DNA of 64,000 nt from Octopus vulgaris (taxonomy: Eukaryota). The notes under the pieces were generated by a model, which was not told the DNA's origin, did not search any database, and saw nothing but the letters and a program-made list of their open reading frames with translations. Below, piece by piece: positions 1-12,614 of this stretch. The stretch is taken from the NCBI GenBank assembly GCA_951406725.2, contig OX597833.1:20026001-20090000 (forward strand), in the 5' to 3' direction. Position numbers and translations under genes: made by a program. Every line of letters starts with the position of its first letter. The first letter of the stretch is position 1.

Positions 1-33
1 ACGTGCAGTTTATTGACAGAAACAGTGAGCATG

Positions 34-36
<3 letters not shown>

Positions 37-102
<66 letters not shown>

Positions 103-137
103 TGTGTGTGTGAGTGTGTGTGTGTGAGTGAGTGTGT

Positions 138-182
<45 letters not shown>

Positions 183-359
183 CGAGTGTGTGTGTGTGTG
201 TGTGAGCGAGTGTGTGTGTGTGAGCGAGTGAGTGTGTGTGTGTGTGAGTGTGTGTGTGTGAGAGAGAGAGCGAGTGTGTATGTGTCTGTGTGTGTGTGTG
301 TGTGAGTGTGTGAGCAAGTGTGTGTGTGTGTGTGTGTGTGTCTGTGTGTGTGTGTGTGT
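37..359. repeat. (GT)n/(GA)n microsatellite
   Basis: Pure and interrupted GT/GA dinucleotide run; explains the spurious CV-repeat ORF 13..231. Confidence 0.98.
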
Positions 360-759
360 AAAGGAGAGACTTAAAAGGTATTACTACACTGAATGCAATA
401 ATATCAGCTGCAAGAAAATTGTATAGGTATAGATAATAATTTCTGGAGAAATGGTTGTTAGCTGCTTGGGAAGTGAAGAGGGGTGAGTTGGCTGTTATGG
501 CAGAGTATTGGTTTTTGAATTCGGTAATAGAGAATTAGAGAAATGGAGAGGCAGAGTGATTTTGTTTCGATAAATTAAAAGAACAAACTAAATTTGTAAT
601 TTGTGCTGTCAATCAATATTTATCTCATCAAAATGTGAGAGCTGATTATTTTATTTTCTCATTTTTAGCTATCTGTATTAAAGAGAGAGAGATTATCGTT
701 GCTAACTTCAATAGAGTACCTCTCCAAGGTATATCTATAGTAAGAGAGAGAGAGCAATG

Positions 760-950
760 GAACCTCTACATGGTTGATATAACTGCTAGTAATAGCAGCC
801 ACATCTCCCTCAAATCACACTCTACCATCTTAGAAAACGAATAACACATTGAATAATGTTGTCCTGATAAAAAAAAATGAAAAAAAAAGAGGATGGTCAA
901 GGCTGGAACACATTCCATCTGCAAGTGTCTTTTGCTGTAACCCCAGGCCA
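760..950 (+). repeat. Unclassified ~200-bp interspersed repeat (family E)
   Basis: Motif ctgctagaaatagcagccaaatctccctcaaatcacac...ggatggtcatggctggaatg. It recurs near 2455, 8440, 11890, 25450, 28920, 30450, 50105, 52757 and 63010. Confidence 0.6.
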
Positions 951-1138
951 ACCAATGACTTGGGAATGAATCTGAGAGACAAAAAACTATGTGGAAGTCC
1001 TTTTGTGGGTGTGTGAGTGAGCGCGCACGCATGTATGCCTGTTCTTATGTCTGTGTTTGTTTCCCCCACTGCTTGACAACCAATATTGGTTTGTTTATGT
1101 CCCTGTAATATAGCATTTTGGCAAAAAAAAAAAAAGAC

Positions 1139-1547
1139 AGGTGAAGGAGTGGCTGTGTGGTAAGTAGCTTGCTTACCAACCACATGGTTCCGGGTTCAGT
1201 CCCACTGCATGGCATCTTGGGCAAGTGTCTTCTGCTATAGCCTCGGGCCGACCAAAGCCTTGTGAGTGGATTTGGTAGACGGAAACTGAAAGAAGCCTGT
1301 CGTATATATGTATAGGTATATATATGTATGTATGTGTGTGTGTGTCTGTGTTTGTCCCCCTAGCATTGCTTGAAAACTGATGCTGGTGTGTTTACATCCC
1401 CGTAACTTAGTGGTTCGGCAAAAGAGACCGATAGAATAAGTACTGGTCTTACAAAGAATAAGTCCTGGGGTCGATTTGCTCGACTAAAGGCGGTGCTCCA
1501 GCATGGCCGCAGTCAAAATGACTGAAACAAGTAAAAGAGTAAAGAGT
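1139..1547 (+). mobile_element. tRNA-derived SINE family A, nested in an older family-A copy (~950-1660)
   Basis: A box TGGCTGTGTGG, B box GGTTCAGTCCC, CORE-like CTTGGGCAAGTG, internal (TA/TG)n tract, tail GACTGAAACAAGTAAAAGAGT. Confidence 0.9.
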
Positions 1548-1858
1548 AGGACCAATGGAATAAGTACAAGATTGAAAAATAAGTACTGGGGTTGATTTGT
1601 TCAGCTAAAAAGCCTTCAAGACAGGGCCCTGGCTGAAACAAAAAAAAAAAAAGATGAAAAAGACAGCTTACTGTAAAACAAGGTGAATATGTCCGGCCAC
1701 TTAATATCAATAGGATGTGTTCATTAATTATGAGGTGGGCGCGGTAAGAGGTGATGTGTGTAAATGCATTGTTATTACCAGTTCGAATATCCTAGTGGAA
1801 GGTTTGAACTCGTAAACAGGCATTCACTATGTTTTGTCAGGGAGAAAATTTCTCCCTG

Positions 1859-2258
1859 TAGGCGCAGGAGTGGCTGCGTGGTAAGTAGCTTGCTTAGCAA
1901 CCACATGGTTCCAGGTTCAGTCCCACTGTGTGGAACTTTGGGCAAAGTGTCTTTTACTATAGATTCGGGTCGACCAAAGCTTTGTGAGTGGATTTGGTAG
2001 ACGGAAACTGAAAGAAGCCCATTGTATATATATATATGTGAGTGTGTGTGTGTGCTTGTGTGTCTGTGTTTGTCCACCCAACACCACTTGACAACCAATG
2101 CTGGTGTGTTTACATCCCTATAACTTAGCGGTTCTGCAAAAGAGACCAATAGAATAAGTACTAGGCTTACAAAGAATAAGTCCTGGGGTTGAATTGCCAG
2201 ACTAAAGGTAGTGCTCCAGCATGGCCACAGTCAAGTGACTGAAACAAGTAAAAGAGTA
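1859..2258 (+). mobile_element. SINE family A
   Basis: Full-length copy starting GGCGCAGGAGTGGCTGCGTGG and ending GAAACAAGTAAAAGAGT. Confidence 0.9.
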
Positions 2259-2499
2259 TGCTACCAAGCATTTTGCCTGCTAGCTCACTGCCTTAGAGAG
2301 ATGAAATAATAATAAAACTAAATGAAACCAATGAAGAAATGACTGAACAGTTAAAATGGGAAACATCTCATGGAAGATTAATTTGCATGACTAAATTTAT
2401 AAACCTTATAATGTGTTGAACCAACAAGGGATCCTGCATGAAGTTACTCAAACTGCTAGGAATAGCAGACAAATTTCCTTCAGATGGCAGGACACCATT

Positions 2500-2729
2500 T
2501 TAACCCTTTTGTTACCATATTTCTGTTGAGATGTTATGTGTTTCTTTCAATTAATTTTAAATAAAACAAAGAATTTAGTAAAATAACTTAGTTATCATTA
2601 AGCTAGTGTTAGGAACATAAATTGTGACTAAGGTTTGGTGGAAGATTTTAATTCAAAACTTATGAAAACAAGGCCTTTGTACTACAGAGCAAGAGGTGGT
2701 TTCAGCCGGGTTGGTATCAAAAGGATTAA
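2500..2729 (+). mobile_element. piggyBac-like MITE (family P1)
   Basis: TTAA-CCCTTTTGTTACC...GGTATCAAAAGGA-TTAA; TIRs flanked by TTAA. Three more copies in the window. Confidence 0.8.
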
Positions 2730-3489
2730 AAATTTTTAAAAATTAAGAGCATATTGCATAATATATTCTTAGATTCAGAATGATGGAAAACATTTTTTAA
2801 AAAGGCTGGATGATCATAAGTCTACTTAGTCAGAGCAGACTTAGGGCTAAGAAACAGTTATGATGTGTTCTTGAGAGAGGTACTTATTCTTTAGAAGTGA
2901 TACTTAACTCTCTCTGTTTGCTTTGTAGTCAAAATAAAATATGGAAAGCACAGCACGTTGCTGTGCTTTCTATAGCTTCATATAGGTCGAGGAGAAAATT
3001 CTACATTATGACAATTCACAATCTCCTTAACAATAAACCCAGGCCTGCTATATAAGACAGCATCATGTTTACCATTGTTTATTCAGACAATAGGAACTCA
3101 TATATTTCTGTTCAGCTTTTCTATTTCGTAATAGTATTATATATGATTAAGTACCAAAATATTTTGTAATACATTTACAGCTTTCAAATATAATGAAATA
3201 GAGTAACTATCAGTGGCCAAACCACAAATATCCAATGAAACATTTTGATATAAAAGACAATTGACAAAATCTAAAACAAAAGCAAATATAGTGGTTACAT
3301 AAGTGTGCTTCAAATGGCTATCATAACACTACAGTGATGTCAAGAGTTTTAATTTCAACAAAGAAACTCAGCTGAAGACTCTTGTTAACCAATACTACCT
3401 TATTGACTTGTGGTTTAACCCCAGGTCAGCCCTGCTCAAGCAGATCTATGATCAAAGACATTCTAATCATGACCAAACCACCACCACCA

Positions 3490-4165
3490 CCACCATCATC
3501 ATCATTTTCAACATCTGTTCTCTATGCCAGCATGGGTTAGAGGGCTTGACAAGAGTTGGCCAGTGGAGAGCTACTCAGGCTCCATTTGTCTGTTTTGGCA
3601 AGGGTCCTACAGCTGGATACCCTTCCTAACGTCAACCACTTTACAGAGTGTGCTTGATGCACTTACATGACACCAGCTGGTGCTTTTACTTGGCACAGGT
3701 ACTCTTTTGTGGCACCAGCACCCACAAGTCCACAAGGCTAGGATCTCTTGGCTGAGAGAGGGATGTAGAGGACATGCCTGTATGCATGAATGCACAGCCA
3801 TGATTTTACTTAGCTTAGCATGTCTTCTCAAGCACAGCAAACTACCAAAAGTCTCAGTCCCTTGTCATCTCCTCTGTGAGGCCCAGTGTCTGAAGATCCT
3901 TTCTCACCACTTCCTCCACATCTTCGAGGGTCTACCCATCCCACATGTTCCCTCCACAATTAAAGATCAGCACTTCTTGATGCAACTGTCATCATCCATA
4001 CACATCACATGACCACACCATCACAGTTTTCTCTCTTGCACACTATGTCTGACACCTCATATACCCAATTTTTCTCTCAAATCACTTCCTCTGTTGTACT
4101 TGTACACTAACATTACCCATCCAGCAGAGCACACTGGTTTCATTTCTTTCAAGCCTTCGCATGTC
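3490..4165 (-). mobile_element. RTE-clade LINE 3' fragment (RT C-terminus plus 3' UTR, family C)
   Basis: Minus strand encodes degraded GHVMCMDDDSCIKKC...EGTCG.GRP...EVVRKDLQTLGLTEEMTRD, followed by a UTR with the GGAAGGGTATCCAGCTGTAG motif and a (GAT)n tail. Confidence 0.85.
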
Positions 4166-4289
4166 TTTATTTCTTTTTTTTCATGTCAGGATATACTTCC
4201 AGGGAAATTTGGCTGTTATTTCTAAGTAATTAAACAGAAGCTCCTGCATTGTCTTGTATAGACTAGCATATGAATTTTTTTGGTTATTT

Positions 4290-4754
4290 TACAGTGGCAT
4301 CTGTGTCAGTGGAGCATTAAGAGTACCATACAAGTGTGATTGTTGCCAGAGCAACAAGCTGGCCTTCATGCTGATGGCACGTAAAAAGTACCATTTGAGT
4401 GTGATCGTTACCTGCGTCACCTTACTGGCACTTGTGCTGGTGGCACGCGAAAAACATTCGAGCAAGGTTGTTGCAAGTGCCGCTGGACTGGCTCCTGTGC
4501 AGGTGGCACATAAAAAGCACCATTTGAGCATGGCTGTTGCCAGTACTGCCTGACTGGCCCTCGTGCCGGTGGCACGTAAAAGCACCCACGACACTCACGG
4601 AGTGGCGGGAGATAGGAAGGGCATCCAGCTGTAGAAACTCTGCCAGATCAGATTGGAGTCTGGTGCAGCCATCTGGTTCGCCAGACCTCAGACAAATCGT
4701 CCAACCCATGCCAGCATGGAAAGCGGACGTTAAACAATGATGATGATGATGATG
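4290..4754 (+). mobile_element. RTE LINE 3' UTR fragment (family C)
   Basis: GTGGCACGTAAAAAGCACC repeats, AGGAAGGGCATCCAGCTGTAG, CCCATGCCAGCATGG, GGACGTTAAAC(GAT)n tail. Confidence 0.85.
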
Positions 4755-5002
4755 GATAATGCATCCTAAAAATCCATTGCATTAAATGTTGAAAAATACA
4801 TTTTATTTCCCGGAAAAAGTACTTTAGGAAGGTAAAAAAGTAATTTTTCTTATGCTATCAAGATTAAATCACAAGCAGATTAAGATTGAAAAAAATGTCA
4901 ATCTAGATAGTCCTATTATTAATTAGAATTGATGAGAGAAAGAAAAAGAGATATAGAGAAATGGTGCAAATATATACAAGTAGCTTCTACATTTTTTTTT
5001 GT

Positions 5003-5385
5003 CTTTTACTTGTTTCAGTCATGCTGAGACACTACTTTGAAGAAATTTTTAGTTGACTGAATCAACCACAGTACCTTTTTTTTTTAAGCCTGGTATTTAT
5101 TTTATCAGTCTTTTTGCTGAGCTGCTAAGTTAGAGATGAAAACACATCAACACCAGTTGTAGAGTAGTGGTGGAGGGACAAAAATAGACAGAAACACACA
5201 CACACACACACACAAACACACACAAACATGATGGACTTATTTCAATTTCTGTTCACCAAATCCACTCACAAGGTTTTGGTCAGTTTGAGGCTTTAGTAGA
5301 AGACATTTGCCAAAGTTGTTACACAGTGGGACTAGACCCCAAACCATGTGACTGGGAAGTAAACTTCTTACCACACAGTCATGCT
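5003..5385 (-). mobile_element. SINE family A (diverged)
   Basis: Reverse complement of the family-A consensus. Confidence 0.8.
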
Positions 5386-5608
5386 AGCTGAAAACAAAAC
5401 AAAATTCAATTGCCCCCTAAGAAAACAGAGAAAATAAATAGACTTGTCAGATGTTTGTCATTTGGGATGACTTAACTCTTTTTCTTTCATTATATACTTT
5501 TTGTGTTGATTCAACACACTCTGGTGTACATTTAACACACCTTTGTTGTACATACTATACACTTTTAGTATACATACTTCAGTTTATATTGTACTACACA
5601 CTTGTAGT

Positions 5609-5815
5609 TATGAAGTGGGTGCTGAAAAATTCCTGGCTTTGGGTAAAAGAAAATACAGAAAGATCAGTTAATTATGATTTTATTCAACCTATTCCCCTCT
5701 CAGATCCACACACTTATTGCTGTAGTCCTTCAGTTTTTCTAAGCCCTGTAAAAGAACTTGGAAGGTTGGGCTTCCAACCAGGCTTTTTATGATGCCCTTA
5801 AAACAAGGAACTTAT
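5609..5815. mobile_element. Mariner-derived MITE
   Basis: TA-TGAAGTGGGTGCTGAAAAATTCCTGGCTTT terminus with an inverted AAACAAGGAACTT at the other end. An opposite-orientation copy lies at 47535-47668. Confidence 0.6.
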
Positions 5816-6895
5816 ACATACTACCAGCTTCAACATTTGCAGGAGAAATATCTGCAACAGAGTGAACATCATGAAAAGCATTCAGAGACAAGGTAATGGT
5901 GTAGAACCAGGATGTATGTTAGACATTCTACCCAAGCTTTTAATTAGATTTAATCTATATGGAAGTCGCTAATCTGGCAGAATCGTTAGCATACTGGACA
6001 GAATGCACAGAGGTATTTCTTATAGCTCTTTACCTTCTGAGTTCAAATCCCACTGCAGTCAACTTTGCTTTTCATCATTTTGAGGTTGATGAAATAAAGT
6101 AATAGTCCATGTAATCAACTTGTCCCTTCTCCTCAAAATTACTGGCTTTGAAGCCTGCAGTAGACCAGCATCTTGTTCAGGTGAATGTTGTAATCTTGAT
6201 CACTTATATGCTATGGAAACCAGCTAACCAGCTTTATGAGTCCTGAGGCTCAAGGAATTTGGCTGACAAAAACTGTCAACTAAATTCAACTCAGAAAGCA
6301 CAGATCAATATGAGACTATAGTAGAGGATACTTGCTCAAGGTGCTGGTGTAGTGGGATTGAAACAGGAATCATATGGTTTAGCAAGTAAACTACGCAGTG
6401 GTAACTACATCCACATTTCTTCATCCCACTTCCTCCTAACAGTCTTGGAGGACTAACAGATAGATTGTGAGTGCTGCCCTTCCTCCCCCAACTAAGATCC
6501 TTTATCACCCAAAGAACTCCTAAACATAACAAATTTTATTATGAAAAACAAGATAACCTATAACAACAAAACAGATCATGTAATGCAGATATAGGATACT
6601 AAAAAAAATAAATAAGAACAAAAATGAAAAATAAAAAAGAACAACATCTGGGGATGGCAGGCTTGGCCATCTGTAATAGTAACAAATGATAACAAAAACA
6701 AAAAGCTTAGTTGAAGCAAAACAACTGCAATTTGAGTTTTTGAAAAGGTCAGAATTGGTTTAAAATTCAATTTGGGTAGTTGGAAACATTTTTAATCTCA
6801 CCACAAGTTTAGTTTTTAGTATTAAGGGTACCAATAAACAAGAGGAGGTGTTTAGAATAAAAAAAATATTTGTAACCAATAACATCGAGAGTATT

Positions 6896-7296
6896 CTTTT
6901 ACTCTTTTACTTGTTTCAGTCATATGACTGCGGCCATGCTGAAGCACCGCCTTTAATCGAGCAACTCGACCCCGGGACTTATTCTTTTGTAAGCCCAGTA
7001 CTTATTCTATCGGTCTCTTTTGCCGAACCACTAAGTAACGGGGACATAAACACACCAGCATCGGTTGTCAAGCAATGTTGGGGGCACAAACACAGACACA
7101 CAAACATATACACACACGCATATATATATACATATATACGACGGACTTCTTTCAGTTTCCGTCTACCAAATCCACTCACAAGGCTTTGGTCAGCCCAAGG
7201 CTATAGTAGAAGACACTTGCCCAAGATGCCACGCAGTGGGACTGAACCCGGAACCATGTGGTTGGTTGGCAAGCTACTTGCCACACAGCCACTCCT
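6896..7296 (-). mobile_element. SINE family A flanked by a ~49-bp direct repeat
   Basis: Young full-length copy; flanks 6847-6895 and 7297-7346 are nearly identical. Confidence 0.9.
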
Positions 7297-7691
7297 GGTG
7301 CTTAGAATAAAAAAAAATATTTGTAACCAATAACATTGAGAGTATTTCGGGTTTATTTTTTTATAGCTGATTGTTATACAGAATAAATGACTCTATAATA
7401 GCTTAAGTCTACCCAGCCTAATATATTGACGATATAACAGAGAGTTCAGCCACAATACATCTGTCCTTAGTTTGAAACATTATAATAAAAGATGCTCGAA
7501 TATTGACAGTAAATTTCGAATAAGGTCTTTGTTAATCAATCAGCAAGAATCGCTGCTTTGATATTTATCAGCAGAGCATAAGTAGTTGCAAGAATAGCAA
7601 CCAACTAAAATATCTTCCGTTACGAACACTTATCAAAGAAGCCATCTATAGCCTGTGAGATTTAAATATAACTTTCGTTTTAAATACGTAC

Positions 7692-7730
7692 TCAGGAAAC
7701 CACCAATGACTTTCACTTGGAATGTAGCAT
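7692..7730 (-). CDS. Candidate 39-nt internal exon of an unidentified gene
   Basis: Minus strand: pyrimidine tract TTTTGTTTCTCTCTCCTTTT...TACAG | 39 nt | GTACGT donor. Two frames are open (ATFQVKVIGGFL or CYIPSESHWWFP). Lies in non-repeat sequence. Confidence 0.3.
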
Positions 7731-8681
7731 CTGTATCCACACAGAATATAAAAGGAGAGAGAAACAAAATAAAACATTGAAGATATTTAAGCCATTTTCC
7801 AATACAGCCTTCCTTCTATTGAATTCTATAATGACAGTTCTATTTTGCTGTTCACAGTAAATAAATCACCGAGGAATAGATTGAATGTTGCTATGTTGTT
7901 GCTCTGAAGCAGTGTTTTTGAAAGTAGAACAAACAGTTAAAGAGAACTTTTGACTGACAGAATTAGGTAATAAGGATCAATATATTTGATAAAAATATAA
8001 AAGTAAATAAAAAGAAGAAGAAATATTGATCTATTTACCACTAATGTCCAATTTTGATAGCAATGTATTACACTTGCTGGAATAAGATAACGCTAAGTGC
8101 TAAAAATATACCACTCTGAATGCGTTTGTGAAGTAAAATTAAGTACGTGAAGTTGGGTCAGATTTGTTTTCAAGTATTTGGCAGCATTGGAGGATCAGCT
8201 ACTTAGCAACAGAATGTCCATCGTTTCAACAACTGCAATATGTTTTTGATGCTGTTCCCACCATTGTTTTATTTCTAAGATATTTAATGGATAATGACCA
8301 ACTTTTTAGAATAATTACATTGTTATTAGAATAACCACTTGTTTCCCATGGGGAAATCATAAATTTGACAGTAAGCAATTTATGACATCCCTGAGAATTT
8401 TGATCAACCAAATGGGTGACAGGTTGTAGTTTTTATAGTTGTCATTTGTCCCCGAGTCAGGCCTAATTAAGTAGAACTATGATCAAAATGATTCAGTTAT
8501 GATGACCTCAACTGTCATTCATACACAGTGCTACCTAAGACTAGATTATGCAATGTATGAGTCCTTTTCTTAAGACAATAGGGTATTATTGAAGAATTAT
8601 TTCACTGATATTTCTAGTAGGTTAAACATTCACATAAAGGCACTTACACTGGCTTTTAGCTCAAAGGATAGGACAGGCTTT

Positions 8682-8898
8682 TTAACCCTTTTGTTGCAAT
8701 ACACTGCTTTTATTTCAATAAATAATGAAAATAATGAAAAATTTAGTAAAATAAATTTGGCATTATTAAGCTGGTGTTTGAAACAAATTACCATGAAAAT
8801 TTTTTAATTGATGGAAAATTTTAATTTAGATCACTTTAAAACAGTCAATATCATAGAACCAAAGGCGGTCTCTGGCAGGTTGGTATCAAAAGTGTTAA
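8682..8898 (+). mobile_element. piggyBac-like MITE (family P1)
   Basis: TTAACCCTTTTGTT...GGTATCAAAAGTGTTAA; homologous to 2500-2729. Confidence 0.75.
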
Positions 8899-9776
8899 AG
8901 ACCATCTGTGAAATACCAGTGTCCCATCTAGTAGAAAGAGATTTGTTCCTTGTCTTCTAAATGTTATATAAATCAGAGCTGAGTGTTAATGCTATGGACC
9001 CAGTGATCTGAGAAAGCATTATTAGTCAGTAAAAAAAAAAAATTAATAAATAAATTAAAAAAAAATAAAAACCTTCATTGAAGCACAAATTCCAAATAAA
9101 TTTTTTAAACTCCACTATGTTTTAAAAGAAAAATTTAGAAACTGTTCTGGAAAACACACAATTTCGTTTCACTACTTTTAAGACTTGGCTTAAAAACAAA
9201 AAAAAACGAAAAGTTAAATTATCAGAAAATAATTTCGTTTCATACGAATAAAATGAAGAAAACTAAAACTGATAAACATTTGGCAAAGATTGCTAGAATG
9301 AGAAAGGCACTGATTAATCTAGAAACATGTCTAATTATTTGATAGGTAAATCCTCTTTTAAATAATCCCCTGCTTTTACATAATTATTTATTGCTGATTT
9401 CTTTAAGCCTCTACAGTCCGTATCATCATGTAATATATTCACTATCATTACATTTTATATGCTCCGTTGGGAGGCTTCACTCTTCATCTACTAGTTTTTA
9501 CTCAAGTGAAGGTATATATGTGTATATCTGTTATAGTATGAAGGAAAATAGTAGACTTAGATCATCTTTAAGCCTACTTGTAAAAAAAAAAAGTAAAAAA
9601 TAAAATAATAATTCTACAGCAGCACACCTCTTATTAACTCCTACTCACTCTCTCTCTCTCCAGGTAACAGTTTCTGCCCTCGTTCTTGTTAACTCTTATT
9701 CTCTTTCTCTCCCTCTCTTTCGCTGGCTGGGTAACCATGGACCTCTTCTACAGCAAAACATTTATTTCTGACTCTC

Positions 9777-10185
9777 TTATTTCTTTATTGCTGACAAGGA
9801 GCTAAACATAGAGGGGACAAACAAGGACAAATGGATTCAGTAGATTACATTGACCCCAGTGCATAACTGGTACTTAATTTATCGACCCTGAAAGGATGAA
9901 AGGCAAAGTTGACCTCGGCAGAATTTGAACTCAGAATGTAACAGCAGACAAAATACCTATTTCTTTACTACCCACAAGTGGCTAAACTCAGACAGGACAA
10001 ACAAGGACAGACAAACGGATTAAGTCAATTATATTGACCCCAGTGTGTAACTGCTACTTATTTAATCGACCCTGAAAGGATGAAAGGCAAAGTCGACCTC
10101 GACGGAATTTGAACTCACAACGTAACGGCAGATGAAATACCGCTAAGCATTTCGCCCGGCATGCTAACGTTTCTGCCAGCTCGCC
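9777..10185 (-). mobile_element. SINE family B (Meta-domain-like), head-to-tail dimer, with 15-bp TSD
   Basis: Core GACTTTGCCTTTCATCCTTTC.GGGTCGAT.AA.TAAGTA..AG occurs twice. TSD TTATTTCTGACTCTC at 9762-9776 and 10186-10200. Confidence 0.85.
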
Positions 10186-10299
10186 TTATTTCTGACTCTC
10201 TGTCACACTTTAACCTTTCATCATCTGACACAAGACCCCCTCCTCCAAGCCCCTGCCCCTCTCGAAGACTTTATCTTGCAACATCATTTGATGACCCCA

Positions 10300-10603
10300 C
10301 CAGTGCAGGTATCGCTTAAAAAGTACCCAGCCCACACTGTAAAGTTATTGGCATTTGGAAAGGCATCCAACTGTAAAAACCAAGCCAAATTGACCTCACC
10401 TGTGCGAGTGCCATGTAAAAAGCACTCAGCCCATTCTACTTGGGCCGGTGTTAGGAGTGGTTGGTGTTAGGAAGGGCATCCAGCCATAAAAATCATGCCA
10501 AAACACACTCAGAAGCATGGTGCAGGTTCCCACCTGGTTAGCTCTTGGTCAACCGTCCAACCCATGCCAGAATGGAAGGAGGACGTTAAATGATGATGAT
10601 GAT
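10300..10603 (+). mobile_element. Family C-related RTE tail with internal duplication
   Basis: Two GGAA.GGCATCC motifs, CCCATGCCAG and a GGACGTTAAA(TGA)n tail. Confidence 0.7.
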
Positions 10604-11405
10604 GTACAAAGCCAGCTAATTTAGCTGATTACAGCAAACCCATTATGTGACTGAGACTTTATATTACAATGTGTAACACAATTTTTGTCCTTGGGCAGCA
10701 ACTGTTATTTCCTATTTGCTTACTCTTAGAAACTATAAAAAATGGCTAATATTTCCTTCAAACTTTGCTTTTCTTACATTTATTCAAACCTCAAAGAATC
10801 CCTCTCAAAACATGGCTGTGATACTCCCCACTACTCCTGCTCATCATCAGAGATGCACATATTATCAGCCACTAAGGGACATGCTCAAGGAGTTATGGTC
10901 AAGTAACTGACAAAACAAAATTGGTGGTATTGAGCAGAATATTTGCTATTATGATATATCTGCTTCGGCAACTCAGTGCTGAATCTGAAATGTAATGGAA
11001 AATAGGTAAGTTTTAAATCATTGATGCCCAGGTAACAAAAGCAAAGTTTGATGTGAATAATAGTAATTTCCTTTGAAGCTAATAGGAAATAACACTTACA
11101 GACCAAAGACATAAAAAAACTACTTAATTAGGGGGAGCAAGGATTCTGAGATTGGTACTTGGGTGTTAAGTCTTGTGGAAAGAGACCCTGAGAGACCTTT
11201 GACAACAGGTTGCTGTCCACTCCAACAGAATTAACTGGAGAAAGTAAAATCAAGAACTTTAAGAAGTAAAATATAATAATAATAATTCTTTCTATATTTG
11301 TTTTTTTTTTTTTACACAGGGCCAGCAATTTTGAGAGGAGGGGAAAATCAAATACATCAACACCAATACTCAACTGCTACCTGTTTTATTGATCCCAAAA
11401 GGATG

Positions 11406-11406
<1 letters not shown>

Positions 11407-11441
<35 letters not shown>

Positions 11442-11680
11442 GTGTCTCCTTGCCTTGACGTTGCATGGTAGTTGTAAATGAGTATCACTGTCATGCAAGA
11501 TGTGTCCTTCATTTCTAATCTTCCATGAAAAACATGTCTGATCATGGGAAAATATTACCTTACTTGGAAACAGGTGAAGGTTGGTGACAGGAAGAGCATC
11601 TGGCTGTAGAAAATCTGCCTCAACAAATTCTGACCAATCCATGCAAGCATGGAAAAGTGGGTATTAAATGATGATGATGA
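11407..11680 (+). mobile_element. SINE A-variant 3' half with RTE-type tail
   Basis: (GT)n followed by CCTTGACGTTGC...GGAAACAGGTGAAGGTTGGTGACAGGAAGAGCATC...CATGCAAGCATGG...(GAT)n. Also seen at 31800, 39125, 43110(-) and 48760(-). Confidence 0.7.
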
Positions 11681-12019
11681 ATAAAACAAAGAAGAAAAAA
11701 AAACTCACAAAAAATGAAAAAGAAGAAAAAAGCTAAAAGTGAAAAATTTATTTCATTTCACTGAGAAGCATATTTGTCTATTGAGTAGCATTCAATATGT
11801 GTGTCTCCTGGTTAAACCTGTGAGAAGACTCAGCATTTATATTGCAGTCTAACAGAGTGTTCACCAATCACATAATGCTTCAGTTATTGTGGTTGTTTAG
11901 CCTAAGATTAACTATGATTAAACAAACTTATGATCAAATGCATTCCAGCTGTGACCATCCCATCACTTTTTTTCTTCACAGACAATGCCTCTAGGACTGC
12001 ATTATCTAATATGTCTGCC

Positions 12020-12581
12020 CAGGCATGGCTGTGTGGTTAAGAAGCTCGCTTTGCAACCACATGGTTTCAGGTTCAGTCCCACTGTGTGGAAGCACTCTGT
12101 TGGTTACGACGATGAGGGTTCCGGTTGATCCGAATCAACGGAACAGCCTGCTCGTGAAATTAACGTGTAAGTGGCTGAGTACTCCACAGATACGTGCACC
12201 CTTAACGTAGTTCTCGGGGATATTCAGCGTGACACAGAGAGTGACAAGGCCGGCCCCTTGAAATACAGGTACAACAGAAACAGGAAGTAAGAGTGAGAGA
12301 AAGTTGTGGTGAAAGAGTACAGCAGGGATCACCACCATCCCCTGCCGGAGCCTCGTGGAGCTTTAGGTGTTTTCGCTCAATAAACACTCACAACGCCCAG
12401 TCTGGGAATCGAAACTGTGATCCTATGACCACGAGTCCGCTGCCCTAACCACTGGGCCATTGCGCCTCCACATTCAGTCCCACTACTAGGCACCTTAAGC
12501 AAGTGTTTTCTATCATAGCCCCAGATCAACCAATACCTTGTGATTGAATTTAGTAGACAAATGGAAACTGAGTGGAAGCCC

Positions 12582-12614
<33 letters not shown>

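Noticed and set aside
9645-9670. Recursive splice site (pyrimidine tract, then CAG|GTAACA)
   Set aside because: It lies in a (CT)n stretch of an interspersed repeat related to 55990-56100, and the host gene and strand are unknown.
12400-12472. tRNA gene (also heads at 1859, 34524, 34995 and 36270)
   Set aside because: These are tRNA-like A/B-box heads that continue into SINE bodies, some with TSDs; I could not fold a complete cloverleaf.
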